Positions 27,667 to 36,736 of a stretch of DNA of 40,308 nucleotides are shown piece after piece. The position numbers were made by a program, and so were the translations under genes. Numbering within the stretch: position 1 is the stretch's first letter; each line of letters begins with the position of its first letter. The DNA is from Alphaproteobacteria bacterium. Lineage in GTDB: Bacteria > Pseudomonadota > Alphaproteobacteria > DATDPM01. The notes under the pieces are model-generated. The model ran no database searches, was not told where the DNA came from, and saw only the letters and a program-made list of their open reading frames with translations. The stretch spans positions 1 to 40,308 of the forward strand of contig JBGOXX010000002.1 in NCBI GenBank assembly GCA_041479345.1. The letters are read 5' to 3'.

Positions 27667-28368
27667 ATGCGGATCGAACCCGACGATAAAATCATCGGCT
27701 ATCCGATTCTGACGATTCGCGAATTGATGCGCAAACGCGTGTTCGATCGCAAAGGGGTTGAAGCGGCGCTCAAGATCGACGAAGCCGAAGCGACGCGCGT
27801 CATCGGACTGCTTTCGGACCAGTTCTATATTTGTCCGTTTCCCAGGCGCTCGACACCGGAACGTCCGGTTTGGCAAACTACCCCCAAAGGCACGCAGCTG
27901 GCGAACGCCGGCACCTTGCCTTCGATTAGCCATGCCGAAGCGGAGAGCATTCTTGCCGCCTTCATGGAACGCGTGAAACAGGTCGCCGTTTCGGAGGATT
28001 TTCACTACGAAGTTCAAGATGTCGTTCTGTTTGGGAGCTATCTGCGGGGCGCCGAGACGGTCAACGATATCGATCTCATCGTCCGGCTGCGGTCGAAGAC
28101 AAAATTCTCAAAACCTTATCCGGATTTACTGGCGGTCAAACTCGCCGCGATGCCGCGAGAACGGATCAAGGGACCGCGCGATCTGAATCTGGCCCTCCAG
28201 GTCGAAACCCAGAATTACCTGAAGTCGGTGTCGCCTTACATCAGCCTGCATCGCGCGGACGCATTGCGTCTTATCGAGAAAGCGGCACAAACCGAAAAAG
28301 ACCTGAATCAGTCTTCGGGCATCGTTCATGATACCCGTCATCAGGTGGTTTACCGGGCGCCGTCCTGA
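27667..28368 (+). CDS. Orphan winged-helix-like / Pol-beta-type nucleotidyltransferase domain protein
   Basis: 233 aa. The C-terminal half has the minimal NTase signature LFGSYLRGAETVNDIDLIV (G-S-x10-D-x-D). The N-terminal ~100 aa has a wHTH-like pattern ending ..VWQTTPKGTQLA. GC is lower than in the neighbours. There is no obvious SD. Confidence 0.65.
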   Translation: MRIEPDDKIIGYPILTIRELMRKRVFDRKGVEAALKIDEAEATRVIGLLSDQFYICPFPRRSTPERPVWQTTPKGTQLANAGTLPSISHAEAESILAAFMERVKQVAVSEDFHYEVQDVVLFGSYLRGAETVNDIDLIVRLRSKTKFSKPYPDLLAVKLAAMPRERIKGPRDLNLALQVETQNYLKSVSPYISLHRADALRLIEKAAQTEKDLNQSSGIVHDTRHQVVYRAPS

Positions 28369-28374
28369 TCGATT

Positions 28375-29181
28375 TTAACTGCCGCCGTGATAGACGGCCG
28401 TCAGCAGGATCGCACCGAGGATCAGCCGGTAGATGACGAAAGGCGCGAAGGTCGCGCGGCGCAGCCAACCGACGAGAAGCGGAATGACGATCAAGGCCGA
28501 AGCAAAAGAGACTGTGACGCCGAGGATCAAATCGTTGCCGATCTGAAAATTTCCCTGGCGATACAGATCGAGCCCATCGAACACCGCAGCGCCGGCGATC
28601 GCCGCCACCGACATGAGAAGCGAGAATTTGACGGCCTCGGTCCGTTCGAATCCCATAACCCGCGCCGCCGTCATGGTGATGCCGGAACGGCTGACGCCGG
28701 GGATGAGTGCGATCGATTGCGCAATTCCCATGGCAAAGGCCTGGGGCACCGTCATGTGTTCGATCCGGCGCAGCGTCATGCACATCCGGTCGGCCAGATA
28801 GAGTGGAATCGCGAAAATCAACGTCATCCAGGCAATGACCGGGATGGTGTTGAATTTCTCGCCCACCGTCTTCGTCATGACGAAGCCGGCAATGACCGCC
28901 GGGATTGTCGCCACCACGATCAACCCGAACAGGCGGGCACCGGGAGTCATCCGCCCGCCCAAGAGCCGGACGAGACCGCCTGCTATGAACCAAACATCGC
29001 GCCAATAGTAAACGAGCACCGCCCCCAGGGTGCCCACATGGACCGCGATGTCGAAGGTGAGCCCGCCATCCGGCAGGCCCAATAAGTGGCGGGTCAGGAT
29101 CAGATGAGCATGGGAGCTGACAGGCAGGAACTCGGTGACACCCTGGACGACCGCCAGGGCCACGATCTGAGAAAAGGTCAC
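28375..29181 (-). CDS. uppP: Undecaprenyl-diphosphate phosphatase
   Basis: BacA motifs VQGVTEFLPVSSHAHL and PGVSRSGITM, with multiple TM segments. GTG 29181 (GGAAGGACGGGGAG upstream) gives a typical 268 aa, whereas the track's 29271 start adds an atypical 30-aa extension. Confidence 0.92.
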   Translation of the reverse strand: MTFSQIVALAVVQGVTEFLPVSSHAHLILTRHLLGLPDGGLTFDIAVHVGTLGAVLVYYWRDVWFIAGGLVRLLGGRMTPGARLFGLIVVATIPAVIAGFVMTKTVGEKFNTIPVIAWMTLIFAIPLYLADRMCMTLRRIEHMTVPQAFAMGIAQSIALIPGVSRSGITMTAARVMGFERTEAVKFSLLMSVAAIAGAAVFDGLDLYRQGNFQIGNDLILGVTVSFASALIVIPLLVGWLRRATFAPFVIYRLILGAILLTAVYHGGS

Positions 29182-29388
29182 GACTCCCCGTCCTTCCGGC
29201 GCCGGTCTTCTGGCCTCCAGGGCCCTTTCGGAGCTGCCCCACTGGCCTAGAGTGGCCCTGAGTGCCTGCATAGCTCGTCACGGCGGCGCCGCTTATAGCA
29301 TTCGAGCCAGAACCCGCCCATAGAGTAAATAGTACCGAAACGAGACTATTTATGCTGGGCTGTTAACCAAATTAAAAATCAACTCGGC

Positions 29389-29424
29389 TTGCCTTCGCGA
29401 AGTTAGGTCATAGATAATGACCTA
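29389..29424 (+). promoter_or_regulatory. Putative gltDB promoter with an overlapping palindromic operator
   Basis: TTGCCT (29389-29394)-N16-TAGATA (29411-29416). The -10 sits in the centre of the perfect inverted repeat TAGGTCAT-AGATA-ATGACCTA (29404-29424). The promoter is inferred from sequence only. Confidence 0.35.
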
Positions 29425-29567
29425 TCACTGCTTTTTCCCTCGCAACGCTTAAGATTTTTTCGTATAGGTGAAAAACCAGCCTCCGGGCTGGGCAGGGGCG
29501 AGGGGGACGCCAGGCTTCGGATACCGCAAACGGCCAATGGCGGGACGGGGCTCAGGGATTTCGGGTT

Positions 29568-31013
29568 ATGCCGCAAAAGATGTTGAAGTTTGTGACTGTG
29601 GGCCGCGCTATGCCCGATAAGCGCGAGGCGGAGCTGCGTCGTCACGACTTCAATGAAATTTACGCCGAGTTCGATCCGAAGGCGGCAGAAACTCAATCCG
29701 GGCGCTGCTCGCAATGCGGCGTGCCCTTCTGCCAAATCCATTGTCCCCTGCATAACAACATTCCGGATTGGCTGAAGCTCACCGCCGAAGGCCGGCTCGA
29801 AGAAGCCTACGAGGTTTCATCGGCGACCAACAATATGCCAGAAGTGTGCGGCCGTATTTGTCCGCAGGATCGACTCTGCGAAGGCAATTGCGTGATCGAG
29901 CAATCCGGCCACGGCACGGTCACCATCGGCGCGGTCGAAAAATTCATCACCGACACCGCCTGGGAACGCGGCTGGATCAAGCCGATCAAGCCGGCCCGCG
30001 AGATCGGGTTCTCGGTCGGTATCATTGGTGCTGGTCCCGGCGGACTTGCTGCGGCGGAAGAGTTGCGGAAGAAAGGCGTCGAGGTCCACGTCTACGACCG
30101 CTATGACCGGGTCGGCGGATTGCTCATTTACGGCATCCCGAACTTCAAACTCGAAAAACAGATCATCAGCCGGCGCAGCGAGCGCTTGATCGAAAGCGGC
30201 GTCCATTTCCACGTCAATTTCGAAGTCGGCCACGATGCAAGCTTGGAAGAGCTGCGCGCCCGTCATGACGCGCTGCTGATCGCGACCGGCGTCTATAAGG
30301 CTCGCGAATTGAAAGTTCCCGGCATCGGCTTGCCCGGGACGGTCTTTGCCATGCGCTACCTGACGGCGAGCAACCGCAAGGGCCTCGGCGACGGCGTGCC
30401 GGATTTCGAATCCGGCCTGCTCAATGCCGAAGGAAAACGGGTGATCGTGGTCGGCGGCGGCGACACCGCCATGGATTGCGTGCGCACCGCGGTGCGCCAG
30501 GGGGCCACCTCCGTCAAATGCCTCTATCGCCGCGACCGCGCCAACATGCCGGGCTCGTTGCGCGAAGTGGCTCACGCCGAGGAAGAAGGCGTCGAATTCA
30601 TCTGGCTCTCGGTGCCCGAGGCCTTTTTGGGCGATAGCGCCGTCAAAGGCGTTCGCGTGCAGCGAATGCGCCTCGGCTTGCCCGACGCCAGCGGCCGCCA
30701 AACCCCGGAAATCGTCGAGGGATCGAGCCATACCCTCAATGCCGATCTGGTGATCCTGGCGCTAGGCTTCGATCCGCAGGATCTGCCGCAAATGTTCGGC
30801 GCGCGGGAATTGACGGTCACGCGTTGGGGCACGCTCAAGATCGATCTTCGCACCATGATGACGTCGCTTGATGGCGTCTTTGCCGCCGGCGATATCGTGC
30901 GCGGCGCGTCGCTCGTCGTTTGGGCGATCAAGGACGGGCGCGATGCGGCCGAATCCATTTTCCACTATCTGATGGCGAAGGCCGGTGTCGTTCCGGCGGT
31001 CGCTGCGGAGTAG
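29568..31013 (+). CDS. gltD: Glutamate synthase (NADPH) small subunit
   Basis: 481 aa with N-terminal Fe-S Cys clusters (CSQCGVPFCQ.HCP, CGRICPQDRLCEGNC) and two dinucleotide-binding folds (GIIGAGPGGLAAA, VIVVGGGDTAMDC). Confidence 0.95.
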   Translation: MPQKMLKFVTVGRAMPDKREAELRRHDFNEIYAEFDPKAAETQSGRCSQCGVPFCQIHCPLHNNIPDWLKLTAEGRLEEAYEVSSATNNMPEVCGRICPQDRLCEGNCVIEQSGHGTVTIGAVEKFITDTAWERGWIKPIKPAREIGFSVGIIGAGPGGLAAAEELRKKGVEVHVYDRYDRVGGLLIYGIPNFKLEKQIISRRSERLIESGVHFHVNFEVGHDASLEELRARHDALLIATGVYKARELKVPGIGLPGTVFAMRYLTASNRKGLGDGVPDFESGLLNAEGKRVIVVGGGDTAMDCVRTAVRQGATSVKCLYRRDRANMPGSLREVAHAEEEGVEFIWLSVPEAFLGDSAVKGVRVQRMRLGLPDASGRQTPEIVEGSSHTLNADLVILALGFDPQDLPQMFGARELTVTRWGTLKIDLRTMMTSLDGVFAAGDIVRGASLVVWAIKDGRDAAESIFHYLMAKAGVVPAVAAE

Positions 31014-31018
31014 GTGTC

Positions 31019-34000
31019 ATGAGCCAGAAACAGAATCAGGGCGAACGGTTCCTCACCGAGTGGAAATCGAACGCGCAAAAGCTCGCCGGCACCTATGACC
31101 CGTCCCAGGAACACGACGCCTGCGGCGTTGGCCTGGTCGCCGCCTTGGACGGCAAGCCGCGGCGGGCCGTGGTCGAAGCCGGCATCAATGCGCTGAAAGC
31201 GGTTTGGCACCGGGGCGCCGTGGACGCCGATGGGAAAACCGGCGACGGCGCCGGTATTCATGTGCAAATTCCGCAGGATTTTTTCCGCGCCCATTGCATC
31301 GCAACCGGGCGCAATCCCGGCGAGGAAAAAATCGCCGTCGGCGTCATCTTTTTGCCGCGCACCGATCTTAACGGCCAAGAGCGCTGCCGCTGCATCGTCG
31401 AAAGCGAGATTTTGAAAGTCGGCTACCGAATCTTCGGATGGCGCCAAGTGCCGGTGAACGTCGACATCATCGGCGAAAAAGCGAACGCGACCCGGCCCGA
31501 GATCGAACAGATCATGGTCGAGAACGCCAAGCAAATGAGCGAAGACCAATTCGAACTCGATCTCTACATCATCCGCCGCCGCATCGAAAAACGGATTCTG
31601 GCGGAGAACCTGCGCGATTTTTACATCTGCTCGTTCTCCTGCCGTTCGCTGATCTACAAGGGCATGTTCCTGGCCGAACAGTTGACGGCCTTTTATCCGG
31701 ATCTGCTGGACGAGCGCTTCGTCTCCAATTTCGCGATCTATCATCAGCGCTATTCGACCAATACCTTTCCGACCTGGCATTTGGCGCATCCCTTCCGCGT
31801 GCTGGCGCATAACGGCGAAATCAACACGCTGCTCGGCAACATCAATTGGATGAAAAGTCACGAGCCGCGCATGGGTGCGGCCGCCTTCGGCGATTACATC
31901 GATGACGTCAAGCCGGTCATTCAGGGCGGGAGCTCGGATTCCGGCGCGCTCGATGCGGTGTTCGAAATTCTGCTGCGCGGCGGGCGCGAGCTTCCCATGG
32001 TCAAGTCCATGGTCATTCCGGATGCCTGGAGCAAGCGCACCGTGATGCCTCAGGCGTACAAGGATTTCTACAGCTACTGCAATTCGGTGATGGAGCCGTG
32101 GGACGGGCCCGCCGCGATCGCCGCGTATGACGGCCGCTGGGCATTGGCCGGCATGGACCGGAACGGCTTGCGGCCGATGCGCTATACGCTCACCGGCGAC
32201 GGCATGCTGGTCGTCGGCTCCGAAGCCGGCATGGTGCAGGTCGATGAATCGTCGGTCATCGAAAAGGGCCGGGTCGGCCCCGGCCAGATGATCGCCGTCG
32301 ATTTGATGAACGGGCGCTTTTATCACGACAATGAAATTAAGGACGTGCTGTCGTCCGCCCGGCCTTACGGCAAATGGGCAAAGAACACCACGGCGCTCGA
32401 CAGCCTGATCAAAACCGATGCGCCGGAGCCGGCGACACTATCGCGGGATGAATTACGCCGCCGCCAGATTTGCGTCGGCCAGACCATGGAGGAGCTGGAG
32501 CTCATCCTGCATCCCATGGTCGAAGACGCGAAAGAGGCGGTCGGTTCCATGGGCGACGATGCGCCTCTTGCCGTGCTCTCGAGCCAGTATCGGGGCCTGC
32601 ATCATTTCTTCCGCCAGAATTTCAGCCAGGTCACCAATCCGCCCATCGATTCCCTGCGCGAAGCGCGGGTGATGGCGCTGAAAACGCGGCTCGGCAATTT
32701 GGGCAACATTCTTGACGAAGATGAATCCCAATGCCGGTTGTTGGCGCTGGAAAGCCCGGTGCTGTCGAATGCCCAGTTCGACGCGATGACGGCGTATATC
32801 GGCGATTCCGCGGTTGAAGTGGATTGCACCTTCGACGCATCGACTGTGTCGGCCGAAAGCGCCGACGGCAAGGCGCTGCGCGAAGCGCTGACCCGCATTC
32901 AACAGGAAGCCGAGGACGCCGTTCGCAAGGGCTGCGTCCATGTGATCCTGTCCGACCGCAATGTTTCGGCTTCCCGCGCGCCCATTCCGATGATTTTGGC
33001 CACCGGCGCCGTGCATACCCATCTCGTGCGCCAATCCTTGCGTACGTTTACGTCGCTCAATGTCCGGTCCGGCGAATGCACCGACGTCCATTACTTCGCG
33101 GTGCTGATCGGCGTCGGCGCGACGACGGTCAACGCGTATTTGGCGCAGGAAGCCATCGCCGACCGCCATTCCCGGGGGCTCTTCGGCAACCAATCTCTCG
33201 AAGCCTGCGTGCGGCGCTATCAGAAGGCCGCCGATGAAGGTTTGCTGAAAGTGATCTCCAAAATGGGGATCTCGATCATCAGCTCTTATCGCGGCGGCTA
33301 TAATTTCGAAGCGCTGGGCTTGAGCCGGTCGCTGGTTTCCGAGTTTTTCCCCGGGATGACCTCGCGTATCTCCGGCATCGGCTTGCCGGGGATCGAGCGC
33401 ATGGTGGTGGGTCAGCATACCAAAGCCTTCCGCGACAGTGTGGTGACGCTTCCCGTCGGCGGTTTCTACAAATACCGCTTTGGCGGCGAAGCCCATGCCT
33501 TCGACGGCAATTTGATTCATATCTTGCAGACGGCGGTCGCCACCGATTCCTACGCGACCTTCAAGAAATACTCGCAAGGGTTACGTCAGCTCCCGCCGAT
33601 TGCGCTGCGCGATTTGCTCGATTTCAAGACCGCACCGAAACCGATTCCGCTCGAAGAGGTCGAATCGATCACCGAGATTCGCAAACGCTTCGTCACGGGC
33701 GCCATGTCCCATGGCGCGCTGTCCCGCGAGGCCCATGAGACTCTGGCGATTGCGATGAACCGCATCGGCGCCAAATCGGATTGCGGCGAGGGCGGCGAAT
33801 CCGCGACGCGCTTCAAGCCGCGCCCGAACGGCGACAACGCCAATTCGGCGATCAAACAGATTGCCTCGGGACGATTTGGCGTCACGGCCGAGTATCTCAA
33901 CAATTGCCGCGAAATCGAAATCAAGGTCGCGCAAGGGGCAAAGCCCGGCGAAGGCGGCCAATTGCCCGGATTCAAGGTGTCCGCGGAAATTGCGGAATTG

Positions 34001-35575
34001 CGTCATGCGACGCCGGGCGTGACATTGATTTCGCCGCCGCCGCATCACGACATTTATTCGATCGAGGATCTGGCGCAGCTCATCTACGATTTGAAACAAA
34101 TCAATCCGGACGCCAATGTCTGCGTGAAGCTGGTTGCGCGCTCGGGGATCGGCACGATCGCCGCGGGTGTGGCCAAGGCGAAATCCGACGTCATCATGAT
34201 TTCGGGCCATGTCGGCGGCACCGGCGCTTCGCCCCAGTCCTCGATCAAATACGCGGGCCTGCCTTGGGAGATGGGGCTTTCCGAAGTGCATCAGGTTTTG
34301 ACGCTCAACCGGCTCCGCCACAATGTGGTGCTGCGGACCGATGGCGGGATCAAATCCGGCCGCGACGTGGTAATCGCCGCGATCCTGGGTGCTGAGGAAT
34401 ACGGAATCGGCACCACCGCTTTGATCGCCATGGGCTGCATCATGGTGCGGCAATGCCATTCCAATACCTGTCCGGTGGGCGTGTGTACCCAGGACCCGGC
34501 CCTTCGCGCGAAATTCACCGGCACGGCGGAAAAGGTGGTCAATCTGTTCAGTTTCGTCGCCGAGGAAGTGCGCGAGATTTTGTCGTGCCTCGGCGCGCGT
34601 TCCCTCAATGAGGTCATCGGCCGTACCGATCTCTTGGTTCAGGTCAGCCGCGGCTATGCGCATCTTGACGACCTCGATCTGAATCCGCTGCTGGCCAAGG
34701 CCGATCCCGGCAAGCATGCCCCGTTTTGCACGCGCCAGGGCCGCAACGAAGTTCCGGAAACCCTGGACGCCCAGATGATCAAGGACGCGGAGCGGACGCT
34801 GGAGGAGGGTGAGAAGATGCAGCTCACCTACAACATCCGGAACACCCAGCGCGCGATCGGAACGAAATTGTCGTCGATGATTACCCGGCGCTTCGGCATG
34901 ACCGGCTTGCAGCCCGGCCATATCACGGTGCGGTTACGGGGCAGTGCCGGACAATCCTTGGGTGCGTTCGCGGTGCAGGGGCTGAAGCTCGAAGTCTTCG
35001 GCGAGGCGAATGATTACGTGGGCAAAGGGCTTTCCGGCGGCACCATCGTCGTCCGGCCCATGACCTCGAGCCCGCTCGAGACCAGCAAGAATACGATCAT
35101 CGGCAACACCGTGCTCTATGGTGCGACCTCCGGTAAACTTTTTGCCGCCGGCCAGGCCGGCGAACGCTTTGCCGTGCGCAACTCGGGCGCTGAAACCGTG
35201 ATCGAAGGCTGCGGCTCCAATGGCTGCGAATACATGACCGGCGGCACGGCCGTCATTCTCGGCTCGGTCGGCGACAACTTCGCTGCCGGAATGACCGGCG
35301 GCATGGCTTTCGTTTATGACGAATCCGGGCGCTTCGAGCCTATGGTCAATGCCGACAGCGTGATCTATCAGCGGATCGAGACCGATTACTGGGAAGATGT
35401 CTTACGCGGCCTCATCGCCGAACACGTCATGCAGACCCAATCGAAATTCGCCGAGCGCATGCTGCTCGATTGGGAAAATGCCCGCGGCAAATTCTGGCAG
35501 ATCGTGCCCAAGGAAATGCTCGACAAGCTCGCCGAGCCGGTGAAGCGCAGGGCGGAAGAGGCGGCAAGGGCGTAA
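31019..35575 (+). CDS. gltB: Glutamate synthase large subunit
   Basis: 1518 aa from ATG 31019. It has an Ntn amidotransferase domain (HDACGVGLV), an FMN/3Fe-4S domain (GEGG.., CHSNTCPVGVCTQDP) and a C-terminal GXGXG beta-helix domain. The track's 30920 start would overlap gltD and adds non-homologous residues. Confidence 0.97.
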   Translation: MSQKQNQGERFLTEWKSNAQKLAGTYDPSQEHDACGVGLVAALDGKPRRAVVEAGINALKAVWHRGAVDADGKTGDGAGIHVQIPQDFFRAHCIATGRNPGEEKIAVGVIFLPRTDLNGQERCRCIVESEILKVGYRIFGWRQVPVNVDIIGEKANATRPEIEQIMVENAKQMSEDQFELDLYIIRRRIEKRILAENLRDFYICSFSCRSLIYKGMFLAEQLTAFYPDLLDERFVSNFAIYHQRYSTNTFPTWHLAHPFRVLAHNGEINTLLGNINWMKSHEPRMGAAAFGDYIDDVKPVIQGGSSDSGALDAVFEILLRGGRELPMVKSMVIPDAWSKRTVMPQAYKDFYSYCNSVMEPWDGPAAIAAYDGRWALAGMDRNGLRPMRYTLTGDGMLVVGSEAGMVQVDESSVIEKGRVGPGQMIAVDLMNGRFYHDNEIKDVLSSARPYGKWAKNTTALDSLIKTDAPEPATLSRDELRRRQICVGQTMEELELILHPMVEDAKEAVGSMGDDAPLAVLSSQYRGLHHFFRQNFSQVTNPPIDSLREARVMALKTRLGNLGNILDEDESQCRLLALESPVLSNAQFDAMTAYIGDSAVEVDCTFDASTVSAESADGKALREALTRIQQEAEDAVRKGCVHVILSDRNVSASRAPIPMILATGAVHTHLVRQSLRTFTSLNVRSGECTDVHYFAVLIGVGATTVNAYLAQEAIADRHSRGLFGNQSLEACVRRYQKAADEGLLKVISKMGISIISSYRGGYNFEALGLSRSLVSEFFPGMTSRISGIGLPGIERMVVGQHTKAFRDSVVTLPVGGFYKYRFGGEAHAFDGNLIHILQTAVATDSYATFKKYSQGLRQLPPIALRDLLDFKTAPKPIPLEEVESITEIRKRFVTGAMSHGALSREAHETLAIAMNRIGAKSDCGEGGESATRFKPRPNGDNANSAIKQIASGRFGVTAEYLNNCREIEIKVAQGAKPGEGGQLPGFKVSAEIAELRHATPGVTLISPPPHHDIYSIEDLAQLIYDLKQINPDANVCVKLVARSGIGTIAAGVAKAKSDVIMISGHVGGTGASPQSSIKYAGLPWEMGLSEVHQVLTLNRLRHNVVLRTDGGIKSGRDVVIAAILGAEEYGIGTTALIAMGCIMVRQCHSNTCPVGVCTQDPALRAKFTGTAEKVVNLFSFVAEEVREILSCLGARSLNEVIGRTDLLVQVSRGYAHLDDLDLNPLLAKADPGKHAPFCTRQGRNEVPETLDAQMIKDAERTLEEGEKMQLTYNIRNTQRAIGTKLSSMITRRFGMTGLQPGHITVRLRGSAGQSLGAFAVQGLKLEVFGEANDYVGKGLSGGTIVVRPMTSSPLETSKNTIIGNTVLYGATSGKLFAAGQAGERFAVRNSGAETVIEGCGSNGCEYMTGGTAVILGSVGDNFAAGMTGGMAFVYDESGRFEPMVNADSVIYQRIETDYWEDVLRGLIAEHVMQTQSKFAERMLLDWENARGKFWQIVPKEMLDKLAEPVKRRAEEAARA

Positions 35576-35673
35576 GCTGACCGGCTTCGCGCCCTATTAT
35601 TCGTCGAGCTTAAGGCTCTTTGCCGCCGTCAAGGCTGGTCCCGCGCGATGAGCCCGGGTAAACTCCCGCGCCC

Positions 35674-36342
35674 ATGCGGACGCTCTATCATCTGGCACTT
35701 TCGCCCTATTCGCGCAAAGTGCGCCTCACCCTCGCCGAAAAGAAGCTCCCCTTCGAATTGAAGGCGGAAAAAGTCTGGGAACGGCGGCACGATTACCTGG
35801 CCCTCAATCCGGCCGGCAAAGTCCCGACGCTTGTTGACGAAGACGGCACGGTGGTGCCGGATTCCTATGCGATCTGCGAATATCTGGAAGAGCGCTACCC
35901 CGAACCCTCCTTGCTTGGCACGAGCATCGGCCAGCGCGCGGAAACGCGGCGCCTGGTGGCTTGGTTCGACGACAAGTTCTTCAAAGAGGTGTCCCGCAAT
36001 ATCGTCGGCGAAAAAGCACTGAAGAAATTCTTGGGCCTGGGCGAACCAAATTCCGAGGCAATTCGCGCCGGCTGCGAAAACATCCATCTTCATCTCGCCT
36101 ACATCGAGCATCTGGCCGAGCAGCGGAATTGGCTCGCGGGCGACGAATTCTCCCTGGCCGACATCGCCGCCGCCGCCCAGATCTCGTCCTGCGACTATTT
36201 GGGCGACGTGCCGTGGAAGGATCATCCGGGCGCCAAGACCTGGTACGCCCGGATCAAGTCCCGGCCCGCTTTCCGGCCGCTCTTGGCCGATTTGATTCCC
36301 GGCATGCGGCCCCCCAAATACTATGCGGACCTCGATTTCTGA
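35674..36342 (+). CDS. Glutathione S-transferase family protein
   Basis: 222 aa with an N-terminal thioredoxin-like GST fold (LYHLALSPYSRKVRLTLAEKKLPFE...LNPAGKVPTLVDEDG) and a helical C-domain. Confidence 0.88.
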   Translation: MRTLYHLALSPYSRKVRLTLAEKKLPFELKAEKVWERRHDYLALNPAGKVPTLVDEDGTVVPDSYAICEYLEERYPEPSLLGTSIGQRAETRRLVAWFDDKFFKEVSRNIVGEKALKKFLGLGEPNSEAIRAGCENIHLHLAYIEHLAEQRNWLAGDEFSLADIAAAAQISSCDYLGDVPWKDHPGAKTWYARIKSRPAFRPLLADLIPGMRPPKYYADLDF

Positions 36343-36472
36343 TCCCCGGCATTGGATGGCCTGCGACCACGCCCGGATTCACCCCCGACTTCGCCATGAT
36401 GCCGCCACCATGGCCGGCTATGCCTCCCGTGGCGCCAAAATTCTTAACGGCGCCTTAGTCGAGGAGCGATTC

Positions 36473-36736
36473 ATGTTGAAGCGATTGGTTATTCCGATAA
36501 TCCCGGCGATTCTGGCCGCCGTCATTTCGGCGGCGCCGGCCCTTGCCGACGATTACCCGCCCTTGCCGCCCGATACCGTTCAGCTGCCGATGATGAAAAT
36601 GGCTCGAGCGCCCGGCATGATGGCGAGCATGGCGGAATCGGCACCTTCGCCGTCGCCCCGTGGCGTTGCCGAGCACGTTGAATTGGCGGCGAATGTCGTG
36701 CTCGCCGCCGATCTGCCGAAACCCAAATCGGAATGA
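36473..36736 (+). CDS. Small secreted hypothetical protein, Met/Pro-rich (87 aa)
   Basis: ATG 36473 lies 6 nt after GAGGAG. Signal peptide MLKRLVIPIIPAILAAVISAAPALA, and a mature part with LPMMKMARAPGMMASMAES. The stop overlaps the next gene's start (ATGA). Confidence 0.5.
   Translation: MLKRLVIPIIPAILAAVISAAPALADDYPPLPPDTVQLPMMKMARAPGMMASMAESAPSPSPRGVAEHVELAANVVLAADLPKPKSE

Noticed and set aside
27562-28017. 151-aa ORF antisense to the NTase gene as a possible HEPN/antitoxin partner
   Set aside because: It completely overlaps the NTase coding sequence and the end of the upstream gene on the opposite strand. It has no clear Rx4-6H motif and no SD.
28271-29281. 336-aa alternative-frame ORF over uppP
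   Set aside because: The other minus-strand frame carries the diagnostic BacA/UppP motifs. This frame is Arg/Gly/Pro-rich with no motifs.
30920-31018. 33-codon N-terminal extension of gltB overlapping gltD
   Set aside because: The extension (MGDQGRARCGRIHF...) is non-homologous. ATG 31019, 5 nt after the gltD stop, gives the canonical N-terminus leading into the Cys1 amidotransferase site context.
30965-34921. Three long minus-strand ORFs (453, 374 and 446 aa) inside gltB
   Set aside because: All are antisense to the highly conserved glutamate synthase large subunit, and their translations have no recognisable domains.
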